NCBI GenBank assembly: GCA_900540635.1
Contig: UQGU01000001.1
Coordinates: forward strand, 79,312-143,311
DNA length: 64,000 bases
Direction of reading: 5' to 3'
From: an uncultured Eubacteriales bacterium
GTDB taxonomy: Bacteria; Bacillota; Clostridia; Oscillospirales; Oscillospiraceae
Positions within the stretch are counted from its first letter, which is position 1; each line of letters opens with the position of its first letter. Positions 27,363 through 36,671 of the stretch are shown here, piece by piece. The position numbers and the translations under genes were made by a program. Below the pieces are notes generated by a model that was not told the DNA's origin, searched no databases, and was given only the letters and a program-made list of their open reading frames with translations.

Positions 27363-28361
27363 ATGAAGCGTTTGAGAGTATGGCTGCTCATCGCCGCACT
27401 GGCGGTGCCCCTGAGCCTGGCAGGCTTGGCCCCGGCGGAGCTTTTCACCGTCCCGGCAGAGGCCTCTCTGTGGGATTTTTTTAAGAGCAAAACGGCAAAG
27501 GCCGTGGAGCTCCGCACGGCGGAAGACCTGGAAGAACTGCGCAAAAACCCGGAGGGCAGCTTTGTGCTGGCGGAGGACATCTCCCTGGACTACGTTCCCT
27601 TCTCCGCCATTGAAAGCTTTAACGGCACCCTGGACGGCCAGGGGCACTGGATCGACGGACTTGCCCCGGAAATGGGCAGCGACACCGTCACCTGCCTGTT
27701 CGACACCCTGGGGAGCAAGGCTGTGGTGAAGGACCTGAACGTAAGGATCGGCATTCTGATGGACAGCGACGTCCCCGTCCATATCTCCGGCCTGGCCGGG
27801 AGCAACAACGGTACCGTCCGCGGCTGCCGAATCCAGAGTGAGATCGTATGGAATGACGAGGTGTGCACGGAGCCGGAGCCCGCCATTGCCCTGCAGCACT
27901 ACGCTCCCGTGGCCGCCTATAACGGCGGCACCATTGCGGACTGCACCCTCCAGACGGGTGTCAACGCTCTGGGCAATGTGTACGGCATCGTAGAAGAGAA
28001 CTACGGCACGGTGACGAACTGCGATGTAGATCTGAACACCAACAGCTGCACCAACGTCAGCGGCCTTGCCTACCGAAACTGGGAGGCCATTGACGGCTGC
28101 TGGATAAGCGGCCAGGCAGATACGGTCACGGAATTCTGCTGCATCGCCCGGCAGAATTACGCCCCCATTACAAACTGCCGGTTTGATATGTGGATCAATG
28201 GCCCTGCTGGGCAGGGCTGCAGTTGGAGCATCAGCGGCTTTGAAGGGGACGGCCACAGCTTTGACGATTCCAACACCGTGAATGTTTCGGAGCTGAACAA
28301 CCGGGCCGGAAGCGGCGCCGTCGGCAGCGGGACCGTAGGCGGCACCGGCGGCAATCCGTGA
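27363..28361 (+). CDS. Secreted GLUG-repeat protein with a signal peptide; last gene of the operon
   Basis: Signal peptide MKRLRVWLLIAALAVPLSLAGLAPA. At least five repeats of the G-x-I/V-x-N/D-C type (GTVRGCRI, GTIADCTL, GTVTNCDV, AIDGCWI, PITNCRF). Gly-rich C-terminus. Confidence 0.65.
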   Translation: MKRLRVWLLIAALAVPLSLAGLAPAELFTVPAEASLWDFFKSKTAKAVELRTAEDLEELRKNPEGSFVLAEDISLDYVPFSAIESFNGTLDGQGHWIDGLAPEMGSDTVTCLFDTLGSKAVVKDLNVRIGILMDSDVPVHISGLAGSNNGTVRGCRIQSEIVWNDEVCTEPEPAIALQHYAPVAAYNGGTIADCTLQTGVNALGNVYGIVEENYGTVTNCDVDLNTNSCTNVSGLAYRNWEAIDGCWISGQADTVTEFCCIARQNYAPITNCRFDMWINGPAGQGCSWSISGFEGDGHSFDDSNTVNVSELNNRAGSGAVGSGTVGGTGGNP

Positions 28362-28435
28362 GGCAGCGCGGTATCCGTAAATTGCAAAGAAGGCCCGGCG
28401 GGCAAAACCGCCGGGCCTCCTTTGCGCAGAAAAAG

Positions 28436-28453
28436 CTTTCCCGTAGGGGAAGG
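28436..28453. repeat. REP-like palindrome, family A (ctttccc-gta-ggggaagg)
   Basis: Lies between the GLUG gene and the ytrA-like gene. Confidence 0.55.
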
Positions 28454-28555
28454 CCGGGGATTAAGATTTCCTAAAGAATGGCCCCGGGTGCTTGACTGGA
28501 AAAAACAGGCGTTGTATAGTATCTGTATTAGTACGATTCATACAAGGAGGGACTG

Positions 28556-28925
28556 TATGCTGCATTTGGATTATCGGGACGTTCGGCCCCTGTATGCCCA
28601 GTTGACGGACAAAATCCGGCAGCAGATCTCCGGCGGTGTGCTGGTGCAGGGGGACAAGCTGCCCAGTGTCCGGGAGCTGGCTGTGGAGCTGTCCATCAAC
28701 CCCAACACCATCCAGCGGGCCTATCGGCAGCTGGAAATGGAGGGCTGGATCGCCACCGTGCCCGGCAAGGGCTGCTTCGTCTGCGGGTGTCCTGCGGAAG
28801 ACCCTCAGGAGGAGCTGAAATGCCTGAACACCCTGGAGGAAACCGTCCAAAGGCTTCTGGCCATGGGCTACACCCGGCAGGAGCTGATCCAGAAAATAGA
28901 GGAGGCTGACCCATGCTCGAAATGA
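28556..28925 (+). CDS. GntR-family (YtrA subfamily) regulator
   Basis: MLHLDYRDVRPLYAQLTDKIRQQI...LPSVRELAVELSINPNTIQRAYRQLEMEGWI. GGAGGG RBS. Confidence 0.85.
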
Positions 28926-29794
28926 AAGACGTGACCAAGACCTTTGGCTCTTTCAAGGCTCTGGACTGCCTGAGCCTGAACGTGCCCAAGGGGGCCGTAT
29001 ACGGCCTGGTCGGCCCCAACGGTGCGGGAAAAACCACCGCCATCCGCCACCTGACGGGGGTTTACCGGCCCGATTCCGGCTCCGTCACCTTAGAGGGCGC
29101 CCCCATTGACGAGAATCTGGCGGCAAAGGAGCGCATCTGCTGCGTGGCCGACGAGCCCTTCTATTTCCCCGGGGCCAGCCTGGAGGAGATGAAAAACTTC
29201 TATGCCGGCCTCTATCCCAAGTTTGACGGCAAGCGCTTTGACGAATTGCAGGACGTTTTCCGGCTCCGGCGGAAGGCCCCTCTGCGGCGGTTCAGCAAGG
29301 GCATGCAGAAGCAGGCCTGCTTCCACCTGGCCCTGTGCACCCATGCCGATGTGCTCATTCTGGACGAGCCTGTGGACGGCCTCGACCCCGTCATGCGGCG
29401 GCAGGTCTGGAGCCTGCTTCTGGAGGATGTGACCCGTCGGGGCACCACCATCCTGGTATCCTCCCACAACCTGCGGGAACTGGAGGACATCTGCGACCAC
29501 GTGGGCATTATGCGCCACGGAAAAATGCTGGTGGAAAAGAGTCTGGCGGATATGCAGGGCTCCACGGTGAAGCTGCAAACGGTTGGGCCTGCTCCTGCCG
29601 GTCTGGAAATTCTCCACCACAGCCGCACCGGGCGGCTGAACACCTATATCATCCGGGGCACCATGGCCCGGGTGCAGGGGGCTGTGGAGCGGGAGAATCC
29701 CGCCTATTTCGATATCCTGCCCCTGTCCCTGGAAGAAATCTTTATCTATGAGCTGGGAGGTGCGGCACATGAAACTGAAGGTCTGCTTCTGTAA
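28913..29794 (+). CDS. ABC transporter ATP-binding protein
   Basis: GPNGAGKTT, FSKGMQKQ, ILDEPVDGLD. Confidence 0.9.
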   Translation: MLEMKDVTKTFGSFKALDCLSLNVPKGAVYGLVGPNGAGKTTAIRHLTGVYRPDSGSVTLEGAPIDENLAAKERICCVADEPFYFPGASLEEMKNFYAGLYPKFDGKRFDELQDVFRLRRKAPLRRFSKGMQKQACFHLALCTHADVLILDEPVDGLDPVMRRQVWSLLLEDVTRRGTTILVSSHNLRELEDICDHVGIMRHGKMLVEKSLADMQGSTVKLQTVGPAPAGLEILHHSRTGRLNTYIIRGTMARVQGAVERENPAYFDILPLSLEEIFIYELGGAAHETEGLLL

Positions 29795-31547
29795 CAAAAC
29801 CGTTCTGAAAACGGACATTACCCGCTTTGCCCCCGTGTGGGCTTCCTACCTGCTGGGCCTTGCCATGATGGTGCTGCTGCAATTCTCCGGCGGCAGCGAT
29901 GACACCGCCAAGAACAGCATCGTGCACGATTTCAACCGGCTGTGCATGCTGGGGGTGGGCGTCAACGGCCTGTATGCCCTGGTGGTGGTGCAGGCCCTGT
30001 TCGGAGACCTGCTGAACCCCAGGCTGTGCAACGCCCTGCACGCCATGCCCGTGACCCGGGACGGCTACTACGGCGCGCACCTGATTGCGGGGGTGCTCTT
30101 TGCGGTGGTACCCAACTGCCTGGTGCTGCTGCCCACCTCCCTGCTGCTGCCCCGGCAGGTTGCCTCCGTGGCCCTGCTGACCCTGCTGGCATTGAGCCTG
30201 CAATACATCTTCTACCTGGGCACGGCCCTGACGGCGGTACAGCTGGCAGGCAACCGCGTCGGCATGGTGCTGATCTATGGCATTCTGAATTTCGCCACGG
30301 TGCTGCTGTACTGGTTTGTGGCCATGGTATTCATCCCTCTGATCTACGGCAAGGACATTTCCATCAGCTGGATTGCCCGCATCTGCCCCACGGTTGCCAT
30401 GTACGAGGGCAACTACTTTACTACCGTGGACCACAGCTACTATATCGGCGACACTTATCATTACGTCTTTGACGGCATCTCCATGGGGGATGTGTGGCTA
30501 AAGGCCGCCGTCTGCGCCGGGCTGGGCGTTGTATGCATGGCCATTGCCCAGCTGCTCTACCGGAAGCGGCGGCTGGAAACCGCCGGGGACCTGGTGGCCT
30601 ACTCCATTCTCTCCCCCTTCTTCCTGGCCCTGTACACTCTGACCGTGGCCGCCTTCCTGCACCTGGCCGTAAGGCAGCTGACCCAGGGGGCCATCTCCGA
30701 GTATTTCTTCCTGCCCCTAGGCCTCATTGCAGGCTATGTGACGGGCCTGATGCTGCTGCGGCGGACCAGCCGGGTATTCCGCTGGCGGCTGCTGGTGCCC
30801 CTGGGGGGCATTCTGGCGGTGTGCGCCCTGTGCGTTCTGAGCATTGCCACGGACGCATTCCACGTTATTCGCCGGGTACCCGACGCGCAGGATGTCCAAA
30901 GCGTGGTACTGGCCCCCGTTCAGATGTCCTACAGCAACACCACCCTGACCCTGACGGAGGAGGACGAAATTGAGGATATCCTGGCCTACCACCAGGGCGC
31001 GCTGCGGAACTGGCAGAAGCAGGTGGGCGACTGCCTGCTCCAGCGGGACGGGCACTGGTCTCCCGGGGACTACTGCAACATCCAGCTGCGCTACACCCTG
31101 AAAAACGGCTCCACCTTCCAGCGGCGATACTTCCTGGAAAAGGAAAACCCCGCCTATGACCGCCTGAAGCCCTACCTCTCCACCCCGGAGTTGTCCCTGG
31201 GCATGGACGAAAGCACCTTCCGGGCAGCCGTTGCAAACGCCACCTCCGGCGACTCCTATTTCTACGCCGTCGACGGCGGGGCCGTTGCCGACAAGGGCCG
31301 GAAATTCACCAATTTTGCGGGCCTTGCCAATGCAGTCCTGGCCGACTGCCAGGAGGGGAACCTGATGACCCTGGCCCTGCACACCCCCGCAGGCAGGGAT
31401 GCGGATCTCGACTACAAAATCCAGGGCTGGCTGGGGATTCTCTACGACAACGAGGAGCAGTACCTGAGCATCAACCTGACCGACAAATGCACCCACACCC
31501 TCTACTGGATCTCCACCCACGGCACCGTCAGCAGCGCGGTGGGGTGA
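29769..31547 (+). CDS. ABC-2-type permease with a large C-terminal extracytoplasmic domain
   Basis: Start MKLKVCF with a GGGAGGTG RBS. Multiple predicted TM helices, then a soluble domain of about 250 aa. Confidence 0.65.
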   Translation: MKLKVCFCNKTVLKTDITRFAPVWASYLLGLAMMVLLQFSGGSDDTAKNSIVHDFNRLCMLGVGVNGLYALVVVQALFGDLLNPRLCNALHAMPVTRDGYYGAHLIAGVLFAVVPNCLVLLPTSLLLPRQVASVALLTLLALSLQYIFYLGTALTAVQLAGNRVGMVLIYGILNFATVLLYWFVAMVFIPLIYGKDISISWIARICPTVAMYEGNYFTTVDHSYYIGDTYHYVFDGISMGDVWLKAAVCAGLGVVCMAIAQLLYRKRRLETAGDLVAYSILSPFFLALYTLTVAAFLHLAVRQLTQGAISEYFFLPLGLIAGYVTGLMLLRRTSRVFRWRLLVPLGGILAVCALCVLSIATDAFHVIRRVPDAQDVQSVVLAPVQMSYSNTTLTLTEEDEIEDILAYHQGALRNWQKQVGDCLLQRDGHWSPGDYCNIQLRYTLKNGSTFQRRYFLEKENPAYDRLKPYLSTPELSLGMDESTFRAAVANATSGDSYFYAVDGGAVADKGRKFTNFAGLANAVLADCQEGNLMTLALHTPAGRDADLDYKIQGWLGILYDNEEQYLSINLTDKCTHTLYWISTHGTVSSAVG

Positions 31548-31585
31548 AAGAAGCGCCCCTTTCGTGGGGTGTTCGTAAGACAGTT

Positions 31586-31624
31586 AACAGAGCGTATCGA
31601 TATTGATACGCTCTGTTTCTTATT
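31586..31624 (+). terminator. Intrinsic terminator: 13-bp perfect stem aacagagcgtatc / gatacgctctgtt followed by a T-rich tail
   Basis: Read from the sequence downstream of the ABC operon. Confidence 0.7.
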
Positions 31625-31658
31625 CCATTATGAGATATGGCGCAGTTGCTGGCAGCCT

Positions 31659-31708
31659 CCTTGGCTCTCCCTCTGGGAGAGCTGTCACCGAAGGTGACTG
31701 AGAGGGTC
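31659..31708. repeat. Left 50-bp inverted repeat flanking the DUF559 gene; contains two hairpins
   Basis: ccttggctctccc-tctg-ggagagc tgtcacc-gaag-gtgac tgagagggtc. It overlaps the last ~7 codons of the ORF. Confidence 0.75.
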
Positions 31709-32065
31709 TTGCAGACGCTTTTGAATGGTAAAATCAATTTGTTCGCACACACCACGAAAATCTCTGTCGATATCCCGGTTGGAAAATCGCAGAACATCCA
31801 AGCCTAGCGCAGATAAAAATGCGGAGCGTTCTGCGTCATACGCCACACCCTGAGGCTCATAATGCTGGGAGCCATCTACTTCGATAACCAGCTTTGCAGA
31901 AGCGCAGTAAAAGTCCACAATAAATTTGCCAATGATTCGCTGTTTATAAATCTTTACCGGATATTTACGCAGAAAAAGATACCAGAGTTTGCGCTCATGG
32001 GGAGTCATTTCTCTGCGAAGCCGCCGGGCATTTTCCAGCTGGCTGTTATCTTTTGGTATGGTCAT
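31685..32065 (-). CDS. DUF559 (Vsr-like) endonuclease-domain protein
   Basis: 126 aa, MTIPKDNSQLENARRLRREMTPHERKLWYLFLRK...FIVDFYCASAKLVIEVDGSQH, typical of DUF559. Confidence 0.8.
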   Translation of the reverse strand: MTIPKDNSQLENARRLRREMTPHERKLWYLFLRKYPVKIYKQRIIGKFIVDFYCASAKLVIEVDGSQHYEPQGVAYDAERSAFLSALGLDVLRFSNRDIDRDFRGVCEQIDFTIQKRLQDPLSHLR

Positions 32066-32071
32066 ATTTTT

Positions 32072-32119
32072 ACCCTCTCAGTCGGCTGCGCCGACAGCTC
32101 TCCCAAAGGGAGAGCCAAG
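32072..32119. repeat. Right 50-bp inverted repeat, the reverse complement of the left copy, with compensatory changes in the inner hairpin; it supplies the gene's RBS
   Basis: accctctca gtcggc-tgc-gccgac agctctccc-aaa-gggagagc caag. The left copy's inner hairpin is gtcacc-ttcg-ggtgac. Confidence 0.75.
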
Positions 32120-32197
32120 TTCCGCGCGTAACGCACTGCACCGAACGGTGTATAGAAGTGCGCCCTTAGTATCTGTTAGACAAACAGGAATTTATCG

Positions 32198-32641
32198 CTA
32201 ACCTTTATAAAATCTAAACGCTTCCTCATACATTATCCGAGACTGTTTTTCATCGCCCCACGATAACGGATCATCAGCATAACTTAATGTCCGAAACGGT
32301 TGCTCTTGCACTAAGAATCCCGGTAACAGATTCCAAAGTTGGTAACATATCTTTCCAAATTCAGCGATAGTATAAACATCGGATTTATACACAATTTCTA
32401 AACCATTAAAAAGAGTCTTTCCGAATATATATGAGTCAAAAGTATTCGTCTCATATTCAAAATATCTTTTCAATCGCGCAAAAGTTTCCTTGTAATTGTT
32501 TGAGCACTCTTCTAACTCTAAAAGTATTTTATTGTTAGGTGTTTCAGAAAACAATCTGTCTAAATGCACATTGTATTCCTGCATAGAGCAAAACCCCCAC
32601 GCCCAAAGATATGAGTAAGCAAATAAACATTCCAAGTTCAT
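32198..32641 (-). CDS. Hypothetical protein in an AT-rich islet
   Basis: 147-aa ORF. GC is clearly lower than the flanks. No recognisable motifs. Confidence 0.45.
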   Translation of the reverse strand: MNLECLFAYSYLWAWGFCSMQEYNVHLDRLFSETPNNKILLELEECSNNYKETFARLKRYFEYETNTFDSYIFGKTLFNGLEIVYKSDVYTIAEFGKICYQLWNLLPGFLVQEQPFRTLSYADDPLSWGDEKQSRIMYEEAFRFYKG

Positions 32642-32853
32642 CACCCAAAACTCCGATTTTTCAGTCTGTCCGATTCCATATTATCACATAACGGGACAGA
32701 ATACAAGAACAGCCACAGCAGTGTATACTGTGGCTGTTAACTGTCTTATGAATACCGCCCCTTGGGGGCGCTTTTTTGTTGACTTTCTTCCCTTTTCCAC
32801 CTATAATAAATTATTAATTGCGACAAAAACCCTTACTTACGGAGGATCACCAT

Positions 32854-33549
32854 ATGCGAATGCGGAAAATGAAGAATCTGGAGCCCAGAATGGAGCGGTG
32901 CGCGGCGCTGCGCATCCAGGCCCCGGAGGAGAAGAAGGGGCACTGGCGGGAATTGAAGCCGGAATGCACCCAGCTCTGGGTAGAGGTAGGCTGCGGCAAG
33001 GGCAAATTCACCGCCGAAACCGCCCAGGCCAACCCCGATGTGCTGCTCATCGCCGTGGAGCGCTGCCGGGAGGCCATGGTGGTGGCCATGGAGAAGGCCC
33101 GGGACATGGGGCTGACCAACGTTTACTACATTGATATGGACGTGGCAGAGATCGAGAACATCTTCGCCCCCGGAGAAATTGACCGGCTGTTCATCAACTT
33201 CCCCGACCCCTGGCCCCGGAAGAAGAACGCCAAGCGCCGCCTGACCCACCGGGGCTTCCTGGGCAAATACTGCCGGGTGGTCAGGGAGGGCGGCGAATTC
33301 CATTTTAAGACCGACAACGCCCCCTTGTTTGCCTTCTCCCTGGAGGAGTTCGCAGCCTGCGGCCTGGAAACCAAAAACGTCACCGACGACCTGCACAAGG
33401 ACGGCCCCGTGGGCATTATGACGGGCTACGAGGAGAAGTTCTATGCCCTGGGCACCCCCATCCACCGCTGCGAGGTGGTGTGCAAGCCCTTTGTGCTGCC
33501 CAGGGAAGAAAAGAAGGAAGCGGCAAAGGAAGAGCCCCGGGAGGCGTGA
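32854..33549 (+). CDS. trmB: tRNA (guanine-N7)-methyltransferase
   Basis: [11 protein letters not shown] (SAM motif) and FPDPWPRKK. Confidence 0.9.
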   Translation: MRMRKMKNLEPRMERCAALRIQAPEEKKGHWRELKPECTQLWVEVGCGKGKFTAETAQANPDVLLIAVERCREAMVVAMEKARDMGLTNVYYIDMDVAEIENIFAPGEIDRLFINFPDPWPRKKNAKRRLTHRGFLGKYCRVVREGGEFHFKTDNAPLFAFSLEEFAACGLETKNVTDDLHKDGPVGIMTGYEEKFYALGTPIHRCEVVCKPFVLPREEKKEAAKEEPREA

Positions 33550-33551
33550 GC

Positions 33552-35417
33552 ATGGCCTATTTTGTTGACAAATGCGACGTGGCCGTCATCGGTGCGGGCC
33601 ATGCAGGCATTGAGGCCGCCCTGGCCGCCGCCCGGCTGGGGCTGCACACCCTTCTCTTCACCATCAACCTGGATGCCGTGGGCAATATGCCCTGCAACCC
33701 CGCCATCGGCGGCACCGGCAAGGGCCACCTGGTCCGGGAGCTGGACGCTCTGGGGGGCGAAATGGGTCTGGCCGCGGATGCAAGCTGCATCCAGTACCGG
33801 ATGCTGAACCGGGGCAAGGGGCCTGCGGTTCACTCTCTGCGCGCCCAGGCGGACCGGCGGCGCTACCAGGAATACATGAAGCACACCCTGGAAATGCAGG
33901 AAAACCTGGAGCTCAAGCAGGCCCAGATCACGGAAATTCTCACGCAGAACGGGGCCGTGACCGGGGTGCGCACCAACCTGGGGGCGGAGTATGGAGCAAA
34001 GGCCGTGGTCATCGCCACGGGGACCTATCTGGATTCCGCCGTCATCATCGGCGAAAGCGTCATCCCCTCGGGGCCGGACGGAATGCACCCCAGCATCGGC
34101 CTGTCCGACAGTCTGCGGAAGCTGGGGCTTTCCCTGCGGCGCTTCAAGACGGGTACACCCCCTCGGGTGAACCGGCGCAGCATTGATTTTTCCAAAATGG
34201 AGCTGCAGCCGGGGGACGAAACCGTGGAGCCCTTCTCCTTCCGGACGGACCGCAAGGTCAATAACTCCGCCGTGTGCTACCTGACCTACACCAGCGAAAA
34301 AAACCACGAGATCATCCGGGCCAATCTGTCCAGGAGCCCCATTTACGACGGCACCATCTCCGGCGTCGGCCCCCGGTACTGCCCCAGCATTGAGACGAAA
34401 ATCGTCCGTTTCCCGGAGAAACAGCGCCACCAGCTCTTCATTGAGCCCTGCGGGCTGAATACGGAGGAGATGTACATCCAGGGCTTCTCCTCCAGTATGC
34501 CCGAGGATGTGCAGCTGGCCATGCTGCACTCCGTGCCGGGGCTGGAGCACGCGGAGATGATGCGCCCGGCCTACGCCATTGAATACGAGTGCGTAGACCC
34601 CACCCAGCTGAAGCCCACCCTGGAATGCAAGCTGGTCTCCGGCCTCTACGGGGCGGGGCAGTTCAACGGCACCTCCGGCTATGAGGAGGCCGCCGCCCAG
34701 GGACTGGTGGCCGGTATCAACGCCGCCCTGAAAATTCTGGGACGGCCCCCCATGGTGCTGACCCGGGACACCAGCTACATCGGCACCCTCATTGACGATC
34801 TGGTGACCAAGGGCACCCAGGAGCCCTACCGGATCATGACCAGCCGCTCGGAATACCGGCTGCTGCACCGGCAGGACAATGCCGACCAGCGGCTCACGGC
34901 CATTGGCGCAGAAGTGGGTCTGGTGCCCCAGAGCCGGCTGGAAGAAGTGAACGCCAAATACGCCTCCGTCCGCCGGGAGATCAACCGCCTGGAAAGCAGC
35001 GGCGTGCCCGGAAGTCAGGCGCTGAACGAAATGCTTGCCGCCCGGGATACGGCCCCGGTGACCAATTCCGCGCGGCTTGCGGACCTGCTGCGCCGCCCCC
35101 AGGTCAGCTATGCGGACCTGGCCCCCTTCGATGGCTCGCGGCCGCCCCTGCCCGCCGCCGTGACGGAAGAGGTGGAGATCCAGGTGAAATACGCGGGGTA
35201 CTTAGCCCGGCAGGAGAAGCAGGTTGCGGAGTTCCGGAAGGAGGAGGCCCGGCTGCTGCCCCCGGACATGGACTACACGTCCATCCAGGGGCTTCGCCTG
35301 GAGGCCCGGCAGAAGCTCCAGGACATCCGCCCCGTCTCCCTGGGCCAGGCCGGCCGCATCTCCGGGGTAAGCCCGGCAGATATCGCAGTGCTGATGATCT
35401 ATCTGGAAAACAATTGA
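33552..35417 (+). CDS. mnmG: tRNA uridine 5-carboxymethylaminomethyl modification enzyme MnmG (GidA)
   Basis: FAD motif [17 protein letters not shown], with conserved MnmG regions throughout. Confidence 0.95.
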   Translation: MAYFVDKCDVAVIGAGHAGIEAALAAARLGLHTLLFTINLDAVGNMPCNPAIGGTGKGHLVRELDALGGEMGLAADASCIQYRMLNRGKGPAVHSLRAQADRRRYQEYMKHTLEMQENLELKQAQITEILTQNGAVTGVRTNLGAEYGAKAVVIATGTYLDSAVIIGESVIPSGPDGMHPSIGLSDSLRKLGLSLRRFKTGTPPRVNRRSIDFSKMELQPGDETVEPFSFRTDRKVNNSAVCYLTYTSEKNHEIIRANLSRSPIYDGTISGVGPRYCPSIETKIVRFPEKQRHQLFIEPCGLNTEEMYIQGFSSSMPEDVQLAMLHSVPGLEHAEMMRPAYAIEYECVDPTQLKPTLECKLVSGLYGAGQFNGTSGYEEAAAQGLVAGINAALKILGRPPMVLTRDTSYIGTLIDDLVTKGTQEPYRIMTSRSEYRLLHRQDNADQRLTAIGAEVGLVPQSRLEEVNAKYASVRREINRLESSGVPGSQALNEMLAARDTAPVTNSARLADLLRRPQVSYADLAPFDGSRPPLPAAVTEEVEIQVKYAGYLARQEKQVAEFRKEEARLLPPDMDYTSIQGLRLEARQKLQDIRPVSLGQAGRISGVSPADIAVLMIYLENN

Positions 35418-35441
35418 CAATTGACAGTTGACAGTTGACAA
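35414..35441. repeat. Tandem array of four TTGACA[AG] heptads, starting at the mnmG stop codon
   Basis: ttgacaa ttgacag ttgacag ttgacaa. Confidence 0.8.
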
Positions 35442-35495
35442 TTCGAAGCAATAGTTGAAATGCTGTTATTCTGAAAAGGTGGCCAGAGGGCGCTC

Positions 35496-35522
35496 CTTGG
35501 CTCCCCTGAAAGGGGAGCCAAG
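35496..35522. repeat. REP-like hairpin, family B (cttggctcccc-tgaaa-ggggagccaag)
   Basis: Perfect 11-bp stem. Related to the 13926-13950 hairpin and to the DUF559-flanking repeats. Confidence 0.65.
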
Positions 35523-35607
35523 CATGCGGCTATTACGAACCGCTCTATCATCGAACGCCCCTCTTCCACCGCTGCTTTCCATTCAAAACCGTCCCGTAGG
35601 GACACCA

Positions 35608-35640
35608 CAACTGTCAACTGTACACTGTCAACTGTCAACT
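35608..35640. repeat. Inverted array of TGTCAAC heptads, partner of the 35414-35441 array
   Basis: caa ctgtcaa ctgtaca ctgtcaa ctgtcaa ctcc. Confidence 0.8.
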
Positions 35641-35706
35641 CCTATTAGTCACATTCTCCGCCCACCTGCATACACTGTACCGTGAAACGGAATGTGGAGG
35701 TGCGCT

Positions 35707-36633
35707 ATGTCCATTGTGCAAACGGATGTGCCCATGACCTATGGGCTGTGTCACGAGACCATTGAGAAAATTGTGGAAGCCTACCCGGTGTGCAGCAGCC
35801 GCTGCATCGGGACCACGGCCTTTGGCCGGGAGATCGAGGCCATGGCCATCGGCAGCGGGGGACGAACGGTGCTCTTCACCGCCGCCCACCATGCCAACGA
35901 GTGGATCACGGCCACGGTGCTGCTGAAATTCGCCGAGGAGCTGTCCAGAGCCATTCTGGAAAAGGGACAGGTATACGGCATTCCCGCCAATTTATTCGAA
36001 GAGAACTGTCAGATCTTCCTGGTGCCCATGGTTGACCCGGACGGGGTGGATCTGGTGACGGGAGGCATTGCCCAGGGCAGCATTCAATGGGAGCAGGCAA
36101 AGCGCCTGTCCAATAACTGCCCCTCCGTCCCCTTCCCGAATGGCTGGAAGGCCAACCTGCTGGGGGTGGACCTGAACCTCCAGTACCCCGCCGGATGGCT
36201 CCAGGCAAGAGAGATCAAATTCTCCCAGGGCTACACCAGGCCCGGCCCCCGGGACTATGTGGGCAAGGCCCCCCTGACCCAGCGGGAGAGCCGGGCTCTG
36301 GCAGACTTCACAAGCTACCTAGACCCCGCCCTGATCCTGGCCTACCACACCCAGGGGGAGCAGATCTACTGGAAGTATGACGACATCGACGTGCCCGGCG
36401 CGTTGGCTCTGGGGCAGGAATTCGCCAGACTGTCCGGCTATTCCTTAGAGGAGACCCCCTACGCCTCCGGCTTTGCGGGCTACAAGGACTGGTTCATCAA
36501 GGTCTGGCGGCGGCCCGGCTTCACCATTGAGGCAGGGCTGGGCGAGAATCCCCTGCCCATTTCCCAGTTCGACACCATCTATGCGAAGAATCTGGGCATT
36601 CTGACCACCGCCGCCCTGGGACTGCCCGCATAG
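35707..36633 (+). CDS. M14-family zinc carboxypeptidase (gamma-D-glutamyl-diamino-acid peptidase-like)
   Basis: HANEW zinc-binding motif. Overall M14 layout. Confidence 0.75.
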   Translation: MSIVQTDVPMTYGLCHETIEKIVEAYPVCSSRCIGTTAFGREIEAMAIGSGGRTVLFTAAHHANEWITATVLLKFAEELSRAILEKGQVYGIPANLFEENCQIFLVPMVDPDGVDLVTGGIAQGSIQWEQAKRLSNNCPSVPFPNGWKANLLGVDLNLQYPAGWLQAREIKFSQGYTRPGPRDYVGKAPLTQRESRALADFTSYLDPALILAYHTQGEQIYWKYDDIDVPGALALGQEFARLSGYSLEETPYASGFAGYKDWFIKVWRRPGFTIEAGLGENPLPISQFDTIYAKNLGILTTAALGLPA

Positions 36634-36671
36634 AAGTCTTTTCACGCGATCCCACGAAAGAGAGAAGCACC

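Noticed and set aside
35414-35640. Possible CRISPR array
   Set aside because: The repeats are 7 bp with no spacers, and the arrays are inverted pairs. There is no cas gene context. The ORFs 35399-35638 and 35455-35685 in this locus are translations of the repeats and were rejected as genes.
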